Shown here piece by piece: positions 39,266 through 48,682 of a DNA stretch of 64,000 nt. Origin of the DNA: Candidatus Pyrohabitans jungbluthii (lineage in GTDB: Archaea; Hydrothermarchaeota; Hydrothermarchaeia; Hydrothermarchaeales; BMS3B); NCBI GenBank assembly GCA_002010065.2, contig MTMD02000010.1:1-64000 (forward strand), given 5' to 3'. The position numbers and the translations under genes were made by a program. How positions within the stretch are numbered: the first letter of the stretch is position 1; each line of letters begins with the position of its first letter. A model generated the notes under the pieces. That model saw nothing but the letters and a program-made list of their open reading frames with translations, was not told where the DNA came from and did no database searches.

Positions 39266-39826
39266 ATGTTATTCCGGCTTCTGCATTACGAAATTATTTT
39301 ATTATTTATATAATATGATAAATAAAAAGCTTTCTAAGATAAAATTCTACACTGGGGATTGTCTTTATTTTAAATAAGAAATAATAAGAGAATAGGAAAA
39401 TTATAAAAAACACCTCTATTATCCATAAATCAACCAGGAGGTTAAGGTGTAAATCTGTAGGCAATCCCCAACTTTATAGAAAACATAATCCTCGGAGAGT
39501 ACCCCCAGAGGAAGAACATACCGAGGGTTGTGGTAAGCCGCTCGGTAGCGTTTCTCAACATCGAACTCCGCTTCATGCCATGAACGAACCCTTCTGCACC
39601 CATCTTAATGTATAGTTATAATGCCCTAATTTTTTATTAAAATTAATTCCAAACGTAATTTGGAGTTTGTATAGGGTAATCTCATGTTTTTATCCATTTT
39701 ACGCCTTCGTGGACGGTCATGGACATTTATGGATGGATTTAACTCTTACCACACCATCAAGATGCTTTGGTCGTGTAGGCAAATTATAGCTCGAATGTTG
39801 CAAAGGTAGTGGCGAGGTGATTTGAA

Positions 39827-40696
39827 ATGGAAAAGAAGAAGGTTGCAATTGCGGCACTCGCAAGCTACGCCCTGCTGCTCAGCTACACCTTCGCCATGGG
39901 CATGATGGGTGGCTATGGCATGGGCGGTGGAATGATGGGTGGCTACGGCGGCTATGGCGGAATGATGGGCGGCTATGGCGTTGCTCCAGGCTATGCTTGG
40001 GGAGACGACTACACGCAGACGAACCAGAGAGGCTTTGTTGATAGATTTCTCGGTGGCTTCCTCGGTAGAGGCTTCGCTGGCTATGGTATGGGCGCAGGGA
40101 TGATGGGCGGCGCTGGCTACGGTGGAATGATGAGCGGCTATGGCATACCTAGCGGCTACAGCGGCATTATGGGTGGCTGTGGCGGCTTCTGGGGTGGCTA
40201 TGCTACAGGTGAAGAGATAACCCCAGAGCAGGCAGAGGAGGCGATCGAGGACTACCTCAGCTACATCGGGGATGACAACCTTGGAATCAGGGAGATAATG
40301 GAGTTTCAGTACAACTACTATGCCATAGTTGAGGAGAAGGATACCGGTAAGGCTGCGTTTGAGCTGCTGGTAGATAAGCGCACAGGCGTGGTTACGCCCG
40401 AGCCCGGGCCCAACATGATGTGGAACCTGAAGTATGGGCATCACAGCTTCGGCTACGCTGCAGAGAATAAGATAACCGAGGAAGAGGCTGTGAAGATAGC
40501 CCAGCGCTATCTCGACGTCTTTGCCCCCGGCTGGCAAGCGGATGAGCACGCGGATGAGTTCTACGGCTACTACACACTGCACACCCTCGACGAGAACGGA
40601 AACATAACAGGCATGTTGAGCGTCAACGGCTTCACCGGCGAGGTGTGGTTCCACACCTGGCATGGCGAATACGAGGGCGAGGGGCACGAGGAGTAG
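39827..40696 (+). CDS. Exported protein: Gly/Met/Tyr low-complexity region + two PepSY-like domains
   Basis: Signal peptide; GMMGGYG repeats; ELLVDKRTG and LSVNGFTGEV PepSY-like ends; YGHH, WFHTWHG. Confidence 0.82.
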   Translation: MEKKKVAIAALASYALLLSYTFAMGMMGGYGMGGGMMGGYGGYGGMMGGYGVAPGYAWGDDYTQTNQRGFVDRFLGGFLGRGFAGYGMGAGMMGGAGYGGMMSGYGIPSGYSGIMGGCGGFWGGYATGEEITPEQAEEAIEDYLSYIGDDNLGIREIMEFQYNYYAIVEEKDTGKAAFELLVDKRTGVVTPEPGPNMMWNLKYGHHSFGYAAENKITEEEAVKIAQRYLDVFAPGWQADEHADEFYGYYTLHTLDENGNITGMLSVNGFTGEVWFHTWHGEYEGEGHEE

Positions 40697-40718
40697 CCCT
40701 CTCGCCTTTTCAAAGGTG

Positions 40719-40994
40719 ATGGAGATGAGTGAGAAGAATACACTTGTGGCGGTAGGTTTGGGAATACTCTTCCTCATCCTGCTCATTCCAGGCTTTGGAA
40801 TGGGCGGTATGATGGGCATAGGCATGGGAATCGGCTTAGTCTTCTGGGTAGCCGTTGCTGCGCTGCTGTACTACGCCATCATTGGCAGAGAAGAGAAAGA
40901 AAAAAGCGCACTGGAGATACTTAAGGAGAGGTATGCGAGAGGCGAAATCTCTCGCGAGGAGTACCTGAGAATGAAGGAAGAGATAGGAGGTTGA
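40719..40994 (+). CDS. SHOCT-domain membrane protein
   Basis: TM-GMGGMMG-TM then ALEILKERYARGEISREEY. Confidence 0.88.
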   Translation: MEMSEKNTLVAVGLGILFLILLIPGFGMGGMMGIGMGIGLVFWVAVAALLYYAIIGREEKEKSALEILKERYARGEISREEYLRMKEEIGG

Positions 40995-40995
40995 G

Positions 40996-41361
40996 ATGAG
41001 CAGGTATATTGCATACGCAGCCTTCGGGCTTCTCGCACTGCTGCTCCTCCTGACGTGGCACTACGAGAGCGGTGGCTCCGCCTTAGGGGTGTGCCGCGCA
41101 TGGGGGAGCTTTCTAACAGGCTCAGCACCGTGGAACGCGGCAGGGAGTATGCAGGAGATGCACCTGCGCCACATGGGTGGCTACGGCTTCCGCGGCTTTG
41201 GTCTAGCCTTCTGGGTGCTTGTCATAGCTTTCCTTTACCTCCTGCTCTCTGGCGGAGAGCGCAAACTCAGCCCCATAGACGAGCTTAACGCAAGATTTGC
41301 CCGCGGGGAGATAACGCGGGAGGAGTACGAGAAAGCAAAGAGGCTGCTGGAAGAGAAGTAA
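40996..41361 (+). CDS. SHOCT-domain membrane protein
   Basis: TM, MQEMHLRHMGG loop, TM, LNARFARGEITREEY. Confidence 0.85.
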   Translation: MSRYIAYAAFGLLALLLLLTWHYESGGSALGVCRAWGSFLTGSAPWNAAGSMQEMHLRHMGGYGFRGFGLAFWVLVIAFLYLLLSGGERKLSPIDELNARFARGEITREEYEKAKRLLEEK

Positions 41362-41433
41362 AAGATTTGCCTCAGAAATTTTCCATTGTGGCAAATAAAA
41401 ACTATAAATAGTGGCCAGGTTCTCAGATTTTCC

Positions 41434-42294
41434 ATGAGTCTGAGCAGCTTCTTCCATGAATACTTCGTCAAGCCTCTCCAGACGGGTGCCGGGTACAACC
41501 CCTACAATACCGTAGCTTATGGAATCCTCCTTATACTGGGCGCCTACGCAGTTTTGCGACTCTTAAGGCGTCTCGACGTTCGCCTGGATGAGGAGCTTTT
41601 CAGGGCTCTTGTCCCTTTTGTGATTCTAGGCGGCTTGATAAGGGCACTGGAAGAGTTCGCAAGGGTAAGCGGCTCAGGCTTGGTTCCTCACAGCTTCCTA
41701 TTTCTCACGCCCGGGGTTTACTTTTTAATTCTCACCCTTGTTTTATTATCCCTCGCAACCGGTATAGCGCTGAAGAAGGAGAAGTATCACCAGGTGGTCT
41801 TCTACTCCGGTGTGCTCCTGTGCGCCTTCGCCTCTGTGCTTTTCCTCTATGACCTCTCTCTGGTCGCTTCGCAGAGGGCGATATCTCTTTTTTCAGGTGA
41901 GCCACTGAAGCTCCAGGTGAGGGTTTTTATTGGCATCCTTCTATTCTCTCTGGGGCTTGCTCTCCTGGCCATGCTCCCGCTGAGGCGGCTCAACCTGGCC
42001 TCTCGCTTAAATACCCTGATTGTGTGGGGCGTTGCCTTCGACGCTGCCTCGGTGAGCCTGGCGGCACTTTCCTTGGGTTATGCGGCAGAGCAACCCCTTA
42101 CCCAGAGCATGCTCTCCGCACATCCTTTAATTTATCCCCTCTTCAAGATGGGTCTCTACCTGGCTATCCTTTACTTCGTTGAGAGTGATGTGCCCAGGGA
42201 GGATGAAACCTACTGGCTCACCAAGCTTATCCTGCTGGTGCTTAGCCTGCCCATGGGTTTGCACAACTCGCTTCAGGTGCTTTTAGGGGTTTAG
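41434..42294 (+). CDS. DUF63-family archaeal membrane protein
   Basis: GYNPYNTVAYG, PFVILGGLIRALE, FLTPGVYF, GYAAEQP. Confidence 0.82.
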   Translation: MSLSSFFHEYFVKPLQTGAGYNPYNTVAYGILLILGAYAVLRLLRRLDVRLDEELFRALVPFVILGGLIRALEEFARVSGSGLVPHSFLFLTPGVYFLILTLVLLSLATGIALKKEKYHQVVFYSGVLLCAFASVLFLYDLSLVASQRAISLFSGEPLKLQVRVFIGILLFSLGLALLAMLPLRRLNLASRLNTLIVWGVAFDAASVSLAALSLGYAAEQPLTQSMLSAHPLIYPLFKMGLYLAILYFVESDVPREDETYWLTKLILLVLSLPMGLHNSLQVLLGV

Positions 42295-42887
42295 TAAGGG
42301 GAGAGGTCCACCACGCCTAGGTAGCCCGCGATGGCCACGAGAACAAAGGTGAGCACCGCCACCACGAGGGTGACTCTGAACACCCTCTCCATGTTCACCC
42401 TGTAGAGCACCTGGAACCTGCTTCCTTCCTGGAGGAAACCATTCTGGGCAATAATTTTGAGCATGAAGGCAAGGCCTACGAGGTTTGAAAGCAAGCCAAG
42501 CACCATAAAGAGAAGCTGGTACTCAGTCAGGAAAAGCGCCGCCGCAGAGACGCCGAGGATGGGCAGAACATCGCTGACGTGGTGAGCGCAGCACGCCACC
42601 ATGGCAACGCCGCTCATGCCTCCGCTTGCGGCGACGCCTGCGCCGGCATGTGCTTTTCTGAGCTTTGAAACTGCTCTGATGTAGTAGTATAGCGCCATCT
42701 GTGTGCCAAAGCCTGCGGAGAGAGCGAGGATCCAGTACCAGAGTTCTCTGAAAGAATCCAAGGCGTGCTCAAAGCTCTGCGCAACGGTGAGAATGCCAAA
42801 GTAGAGAAGAAGAAGGGCAGAGCCCCCGGCAAAGCCAGCGATAATCGCGCGAGTCTTTAGCGCGTTGAAATCCTCGCTTTGCATCAC
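42291..42887 (-). CDS. Membrane protein with CCAHH putative metal-binding motif
   Basis: About 5 TM; GFGTQ; AMVACCAHHVSDVLP. Confidence 0.8.
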   Translation of the reverse strand: MMQSEDFNALKTRAIIAGFAGGSALLLLYFGILTVAQSFEHALDSFRELWYWILALSAGFGTQMALYYYIRAVSKLRKAHAGAGVAASGGMSGVAMVACCAHHVSDVLPILGVSAAALFLTEYQLLFMVLGLLSNLVGLAFMLKIIAQNGFLQEGSRFQVLYRVNMERVFRVTLVVAVLTFVLVAIAGYLGVVDLSPY

Positions 42888-42965
42888 CTCAACTCCTTCA
42901 AGTAGATAGGAACCACCAGCGGGTTCCTATTACCTCCTGCAACCATATGATTCATAATATCCACC

Positions 42966-43457
42966 CTATTGCTTGAAGTTCAGATTCCACCTGAAGATTC
43001 TCTTGCCCTGAATGCCGTCGATCTCAAGCACAATATACTCATCCTCCGGCGAAATCAGCTCTGTACCATTGATTCTTGCAGGAAGAACGAGATAGCCATA
43101 GCGATGATGCGAGGATTCTCTTTCCGGCACCCAGGTGAAGCCCTCATTCACCACAACGCCGCGACTGTTCCTGAAGGTGGAGAGCTTCTCAACCCTGTAG
43201 CCGGAGAGGTCAACGGAGTGGGTGTTCAGATATACCTTAAATACTATTTTCTCCTTCTCCTCCGGCATCAATGGGTTAAGATATACTACATCCACGTCCA
43301 CCGCTCCGAGGCTGCTCCTTCTTACCAAGTCCCTCTCGCTGAGGGTTTTCCCAGAGGCAGCTGAGATGGAAGCGTCGCCACTTCCACTATTAGACGAAGT
43401 ACAGCCTGTAAACAGCACAATCGCGCCAATCAGAAAAATTGCAAGGATTCTTCTCAT
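42966..43457 (-). CDS. Lipoprotein with NTHSVDL motif
   Basis: Lipobox LFTGC; LNTHSVDLSGY; SHHR..G. Confidence 0.8.
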   Translation of the reverse strand: MRRILAIFLIGAIVLFTGCTSSNSGSGDASISAASGKTLSERDLVRRSSLGAVDVDVVYLNPLMPEEKEKIVFKVYLNTHSVDLSGYRVEKLSTFRNSRGVVVNEGFTWVPERESSHHRYGYLVLPARINGTELISPEDEYIVLEIDGIQGKRIFRWNLNFKQ

Positions 43458-43736
43458 TTCATCACCTCATACTTTAATCACACCTAAAGGGAGATGAAAT
43501 TTGTTCGTAAAACTGTAGGCGAATGGAAATTCAGAAGGCACCCTCTTGCAACAACTACGCCTGAGACCGTCCAAAACGGTACGCCGGGCACATTTTGGCT
43601 TCCGATTTCCATAACGCTTTCTTTGATGCGTACACCAAGGATGCGAAGGCGTTTACGCCTTCTGATTATACTCGCCTAACGTAGCGCGCATGCTTCCACA
43701 ACAAATTTAAATACCTTCAAGCCTTACTTCATCAGG

Positions 43737-45020
43737 ATGCTTTTCTCTGAGATTGCCAAGCTCACCCAAGAGCAGAAGGCTAAGCTCCTGCGCAGGGGCA
43801 GGGCAGACCTGAGCCAGGTTGAGGCGAAGGTAGCCGAGATTCTTGCAGAGGTTCGCTCACGAGGCGACGCTGCGCTGCGCGAGTTTACACGGCGCTTCGA
43901 CGGCGTTGAGGTGGAGGAGCTCAAAGTCAGCGAGGAGGAAATCGAGAAGGCGAGGGAGAGAGTAGATGGAAAGCTCATAGAGGCGCTGGAGCTTGCGAAG
44001 GAGAACATCGCCGAGTTTCACCGCCGCCAGCTCCGCAATGACTGGAGCTATGCCAAGGACGGCATTACTCTGGGGCAGGTTTATCGTGCCATTGAGAGCG
44101 TGGGGTGCTACGTGCCCGGCGGAAGAGCAAGCTACCCCTCTACTGTGCTGATGTGCGCAATCCCCGCGAAGGTCGCAGGGGTAAGCCGGGTAGTTGTGAC
44201 CACGCCGCCCATGAAGGGCGGTGAGGTGAACCCCTTAACCTTAGCCGCTTGCTCCATCGCGGGTGTAGACGAGGTATACCGCGTTGGCGGGGCTCAGGCA
44301 ATAGCAGCCCTCGCCTACGGCACCGAAAGCATAGCGCGGGTTGAAAAAATTGTTGGCCCTGGCAACGTTTACGTAACCGCCGCGAAGCGCTTAGTGAGCA
44401 GCGAGGTTGCCATAGACATGCCCGCAGGTCCAAGCGAGGTGCTCATCATCGCGGACGACTCCGCTGACGCACGCTTCATAGCGCTGGACATGCTTGCACA
44501 GGCGGAGCACGACCCCTTAGCCACGAGTGTGCTCGTAACCACCTCGCTGGAACTTGCAAAGCGGGTAAGAGAAATCCTTGAAAAAGAAACGCCTGCCCGC
44601 GCTGAGGCAAAGCAGGCGATTGAGGCTAATGGTGCGATACTCGTAGCCAGCGACATCGCCCAGGCGATAGATTTTGCAAATATGTTTGCGCCCGAGCATC
44701 TTGAGATTATCACTCGCGACGACGAAGCTGTGCTTCGCAGGATAAATAGCGCTGGCTCAGTTTTCCTGGGCAGCTATTCCCCTGTTGCGTGTGGCGACTA
44801 TGCGAGTGGCACAAACCATGTGCTGCCCACCGCAGGGTATGCGCGCGCCTACTCTGGACTAAACGTTTACGATTTCCTCAAGGTAATATCCTTCCAGAAG
44901 CTGAGCAAAGACGGGCTGGAGAGGCTTGCAAAAGCAATAGTACCCCTTGCAAAGGCGGAAGGACTTGAGATGCACGCTAAAAGCGTGGAAGCAAGATTAG
45001 CGAGGCGAGAGCATGATTGA
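43737..45020 (+). CDS. hisD: Histidinol dehydrogenase
   Basis: YVPGGRASYPST, GGAQAIAALAYG, IDMPAGPSE, QAEH, APEHL, GDYASGTNHVLPT. Confidence 0.98.
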   Translation: MLFSEIAKLTQEQKAKLLRRGRADLSQVEAKVAEILAEVRSRGDAALREFTRRFDGVEVEELKVSEEEIEKARERVDGKLIEALELAKENIAEFHRRQLRNDWSYAKDGITLGQVYRAIESVGCYVPGGRASYPSTVLMCAIPAKVAGVSRVVVTTPPMKGGEVNPLTLAACSIAGVDEVYRVGGAQAIAALAYGTESIARVEKIVGPGNVYVTAAKRLVSSEVAIDMPAGPSEVLIIADDSADARFIALDMLAQAEHDPLATSVLVTTSLELAKRVREILEKETPARAEAKQAIEANGAILVASDIAQAIDFANMFAPEHLEIITRDDEAVLRRINSAGSVFLGSYSPVACGDYASGTNHVLPTAGYARAYSGLNVYDFLKVISFQKLSKDGLERLAKAIVPLAKAEGLEMHAKSVEARLARREHD

Positions 45021-46329
45021 GCGCGTTTATTCGGGTGAGCTTTCCCCTGAGAAGGACGGAGAAGAGGTAAGCATCGCAGGCTGGGTGCATGAAAAGCGCA
45101 AGCTGGGCGGGCTTCTTTTCCTCCTCGTTAGAGACCGCGACGGCATAGTGCAGGTAACCCTGCCCAAGAAGTTCGTCCCAGCTGAAGTTTTTGAGACCGC
45201 AAAAGGTGTGAGCAAAGAGAGCGTCGTTGTTGTGAAGGGGAAGCTTCAGGCAATGGATAAGGCTCCCGGCGGAGTTGAGGTTATCCCCTCGCAGATAGAG
45301 GTGCTGAGCAGCGCCGCCTCGCCTTTACCCCTTGACCCCACTGGCAAGGTTCCCGCTAATTTGGACACTCGCCTGGACCACCGCGTGCTCGACCTGCGCA
45401 AGCCCCAGGTGGCGGCGATTTTCAAGATACGCAGCCGTGCTCTGAAGGCTGCAAGGGAGCACCTCCTGAGCCAAGGCTTCATCGAGGTGCACACTCCTCG
45501 AATAATCTCTACCGCCAGCGAGGGCGGCACAGAGCTATTCCCAATAAGCTACTTCGAGCGCGAAGCCTTCTTAGCCCAGAGCCCGCAGCTGTACAAGCAG
45601 ATGCTCATGGGCTCAGGTTTAGACCGCGTGTTTGAGATAGCCACCTATTTCCGTGCTGAAGAGCATGACACCATATGGCACCTGAATGAGATTACCGCCG
45701 TCGATTGTGAGCTTGCATTTATCTCTGGCTATGAGGATGTGCTCAAGGTTATTGAAGGGCTGATCTGTGCCATGATACGCGAGGTTAAAGAGCACTGCTC
45801 GCAGGAGCTTGAGCGGCTTGGGGTGGAGCTTGAGGTACCGCGCACGCCCTTCCCGAGGCTAACCTATGCGGAGGTGCTCTCACTACTTGAAGAGGAAGCA
45901 AACTTGAAGCTGCCCTTCGGTGAGGATTTAACCACCGAGGCGGAGAAGAAGCTCGGCGAGATAATGCACCAGCGAGGGCACGAGCTTTACTTTGTCACCC
46001 GCTTCCCCCTCGACGCCAAGCCCTTCTACACCATGCCCGACAGCGAGGATCCCGAGCTGAGCGCCAGCTTCGACTTGGAGTTCAAGGGAAGGGAGATTAT
46101 CTCCGGTTCGCAGCGTATCCACGATTATGATCTCCTCGTGCAGCGCATAAAGGCGAAGGGGCTCAGGGAGCAGAACTTCTCCAGCTACCTGGAAGCCTTT
46201 AAGTACGGCATGCCGCCTCATGGAGGCTTTGGCATGGGCATAGAGCGCTTCCTCATGCTGCTCTTAGACCTGCCAAACATTCGCGAGGCGGTGCTCTTTC
46301 CGCGAGATAGGCACCGCCTGGAGCCGTAA
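45013..46329 (+). CDS. aspS: Archaeal aspartate--tRNA ligase (probably non-discriminating Asp/Asn)
   Basis: OB domain GWVH..RDR; AFLAQSPQLYKQ; FRAE; GMPPHGGFGMGIER; FPRD. Confidence 0.97.
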   Translation: MIERVYSGELSPEKDGEEVSIAGWVHEKRKLGGLLFLLVRDRDGIVQVTLPKKFVPAEVFETAKGVSKESVVVVKGKLQAMDKAPGGVEVIPSQIEVLSSAASPLPLDPTGKVPANLDTRLDHRVLDLRKPQVAAIFKIRSRALKAAREHLLSQGFIEVHTPRIISTASEGGTELFPISYFEREAFLAQSPQLYKQMLMGSGLDRVFEIATYFRAEEHDTIWHLNEITAVDCELAFISGYEDVLKVIEGLICAMIREVKEHCSQELERLGVELEVPRTPFPRLTYAEVLSLLEEEANLKLPFGEDLTTEAEKKLGEIMHQRGHELYFVTRFPLDAKPFYTMPDSEDPELSASFDLEFKGREIISGSQRIHDYDLLVQRIKAKGLREQNFSSYLEAFKYGMPPHGGFGMGIERFLMLLLDLPNIREAVLFPRDRHRLEP

Positions 46330-46332
46330 AGG

Positions 46333-47331
46333 TTAAAACCACTTCTTAAACGTGGCTATGGTTACGACGGCTATGGCAAGCTGAAAGAGCAGCACAGTTG
46401 CCACGACCTCATATTCGTAGGCTTTTCCCTTTATTTTCCTGAGCAGAGCAACCGCCACGTGGGGCACACTGTAGATTTTGCTCTTAACCGCTAGGGAACC
46501 ATCTTCGAGCACCTTTGCTGGCCACTCAGGCTTGAACCTCCCTCTCGCCTTGAGCACCAGCTCCATGTAATACATGGCGAACAGCACCGCCGCAAACCTC
46601 TCTATGTTCCCCAAGATTGCCACTATTGCCACGCCCGCGCCAGCGAAGTAGGTGAGCACATCACCAGGAAACACCTTTGAAGGATACCAGTTGAATATTA
46701 AGAAGGCGAGCAGCGCCCCAACGATGCACGCCGAGATGAGAAAGGCGTCAAAAGCATCCACCTCCCACGAGAGGTATGCCAGCGTGGAGAATATCACTAC
46801 ACCCTGCAAAGCCTCCAAGCCATTGTAGCCCGCGAGCATATTAAAGGCGTTTGTAGTACCTACGATGCCTATGGGCACTATGAGCAGAGGATAGAGCAGC
46901 CCCAGCTCCACCTGCCCCAGAAAGGGGAAGGTCATCATCGCATGCCCGGCATTAACCACCATTATAGGGATGGGCACCATAAACGTGAGAAGCACCTTTT
47001 CACTCTGCCTTAGCCCTATCCTCCACCCCAGCATGTCGTCAACCATGCCTATAAGTGCGGCTATGAGCAAGCTCAGCGTGGCTGCAAGTAGCTCTATTAT
47101 AGAGCCATCGCCATAGTAGAAGGTTTCAAGGGCGATCATCACAAGCAGTGCAAGGAGCACCCCAAAGACAACGGCGATGCCCCCCATCTCCGCAACCTCT
47201 CTTTCATCCTGCTTGTGCACATCTCTTCCCACGAAACCGGTGCTCCTCGCGCGGTGTATCCACTTTGGCAGTGCCACCAGTGTCGCAAAGAAGCTGATGG
47301 CAAATAAACCCACAGCGACCCCCAAGTCCAT
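46333..47331 (-). CDS. Glycosyltransferase family 4 (AglH/Alg7-like dolichol-P GlcNAc-1-P transferase)
   Basis: GRDVHK..VAEMGG, GMVDD, NAFNMLAGYNGLE, FNWYPSKVFPGD. Confidence 0.9.
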   Translation of the reverse strand: MDLGVAVGLFAISFFATLVALPKWIHRARSTGFVGRDVHKQDEREVAEMGGIAVVFGVLLALLVMIALETFYYGDGSIIELLAATLSLLIAALIGMVDDMLGWRIGLRQSEKVLLTFMVPIPIMVVNAGHAMMTFPFLGQVELGLLYPLLIVPIGIVGTTNAFNMLAGYNGLEALQGVVIFSTLAYLSWEVDAFDAFLISACIVGALLAFLIFNWYPSKVFPGDVLTYFAGAGVAIVAILGNIERFAAVLFAMYYMELVLKARGRFKPEWPAKVLEDGSLAVKSKIYSVPHVAVALLRKIKGKAYEYEVVATVLLFQLAIAVVTIATFKKWF

Positions 47332-47461
47332 GGTGGTAGAGTCTGATGGCAGGTATTTAAAAGTAACGAAAGTGTTTATAAATTCTGTTTAAAGTTACAC
47401 CGGCGGCAAACCTTTATCTACGCTGAGAAATAATAACTGGATCCTGAAGGAAGGTGAAAAC

Positions 47462-48634
47462 TTGAAGTTTGTGAACCGTTATAAGGACTACGTGGTCATA
47501 AACCCGCTCATGCGTGGCGGGATTCTTCCGCAAGAGGTGCAGGAGCAGCTCTGCCAAGACGGCTGGCTGGAGATAGGTTACTCGGTGTGCCACGACTGCA
47601 TCGAGGGAAGGAGCAGCCTGATTACCAAACCGCCGATTAGAAAATTTCTGAAACAGGTGGCAGAATTCTTTGGCGGCGATGAAGCGGAGCACACCTTCGG
47701 ATGCAGGGCGGCGCAGTACGTGGTGATGAAAACCATAGCCGACCATGTGAAGGAGGAGGGGCTTGAGCCAGTGGTGGTGGTCGACCCTAACTCCCACTAC
47801 ACCACAAATATAGCGGCAGAGATGGTTGGCCTGCGCGTGGTTGAGCCTCCTCATACTGGCTATCCTGAGTACAAGGTTACCGTTGAAGCCTTTCAGGAGA
47901 AGATCGAAGAGGTAGGCAGGCCAGCGCTCGTGGTTGCAACGCATGCCGACCCTTACTTCGGCAACATTGAGCCCGTGGAGGAGCTGGGCAAGCTGTGCGA
48001 GGAGCTTGAAGTACCCTTCATGGTAAACGCCGCCTATACTGCTGGCGTGGCACCGATAGATATGAAGAAGATACGCGCCGACTTTCTCACAGTAAGTGCG
48101 CACAAGAGCATGGCTTCTCTTGCCCCTCTCGGCTTCGTGGTGACCACCTACGAGTGGAGCAAGAAGGCTTTCGCAGCGTCGAAGTCAAAGGCGGAGTGGA
48201 CAGGCAGGGTGTTCGGGAAGAAGCTGCCCAACCTCTTTGGGTGCAGTGTGGGTGGAATACCTCTTATATCTGCGATGCTCAGCTTCGACTACGTTAAAGC
48301 GAGGGTAAAGCACTGGGAGGATGAGCTGAAGAAGATTAACGACTTCGTGGACAAGCTCGAGGATATAGGCGAGGGCGATATAATGCTCCTGGGCGAGCGT
48401 CCAAAGCGCCACCACCTGCTCCACTTCGAGACTCCGCTGTTCTGGGAGATTTCCAAGAAGCACAAGCGAAAGGGCTTCTTCCTGGCGGAGGAGATGCTCA
48501 AGCGCCGCATCGTGGGGCTGCACAAAGGGCTGAGCAAGCACATAAAGCTGAGCGTCTACGGCTTGAGTGACGAGGAGCGCGAGCGAGTGCTTACCGCTTT
48601 TGAGGAGATTGCAGCGCTCAGGGAGAAGCTGTAA
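47462..48634 (+). CDS. pscS: O-phospho-L-seryl-tRNA:Cys-tRNA synthase (SepCysS)
   Basis: INPLMRGG, GYSVCHDC, KPPI, HYTT, NAAY, SAHKSMA (PLP Lys), FGCS, KLSVYGL; TTG start after AGGTGA. Confidence 0.9.
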   Translation: MKFVNRYKDYVVINPLMRGGILPQEVQEQLCQDGWLEIGYSVCHDCIEGRSSLITKPPIRKFLKQVAEFFGGDEAEHTFGCRAAQYVVMKTIADHVKEEGLEPVVVVDPNSHYTTNIAAEMVGLRVVEPPHTGYPEYKVTVEAFQEKIEEVGRPALVVATHADPYFGNIEPVEELGKLCEELEVPFMVNAAYTAGVAPIDMKKIRADFLTVSAHKSMASLAPLGFVVTTYEWSKKAFAASKSKAEWTGRVFGKKLPNLFGCSVGGIPLISAMLSFDYVKARVKHWEDELKKINDFVDKLEDIGEGDIMLLGERPKRHHLLHFETPLFWEISKKHKRKGFFLAEEMLKRRIVGLHKGLSKHIKLSVYGLSDEERERVLTAFEEIAALREKL

Positions 48635-48682
48635 TAAAACAGTCAGGAACATTAGCCGGAGGCTTCACCAAGCCTACGTGGT

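Noticed and set aside
39420-39603. Short minus-strand ORFs upstream of the PAS kinase
   Set aside because: The frame with an ATG is not protein-like and the more protein-like frame lacks a start; possibly a remnant but unidentifiable
43645-43662. Perfect hairpin GAAGGCGT-TT-ACGCCTTC with enterobacterial REP-like look
   Set aside because: Single full copy without the ends of the element family; could be an operator or chance
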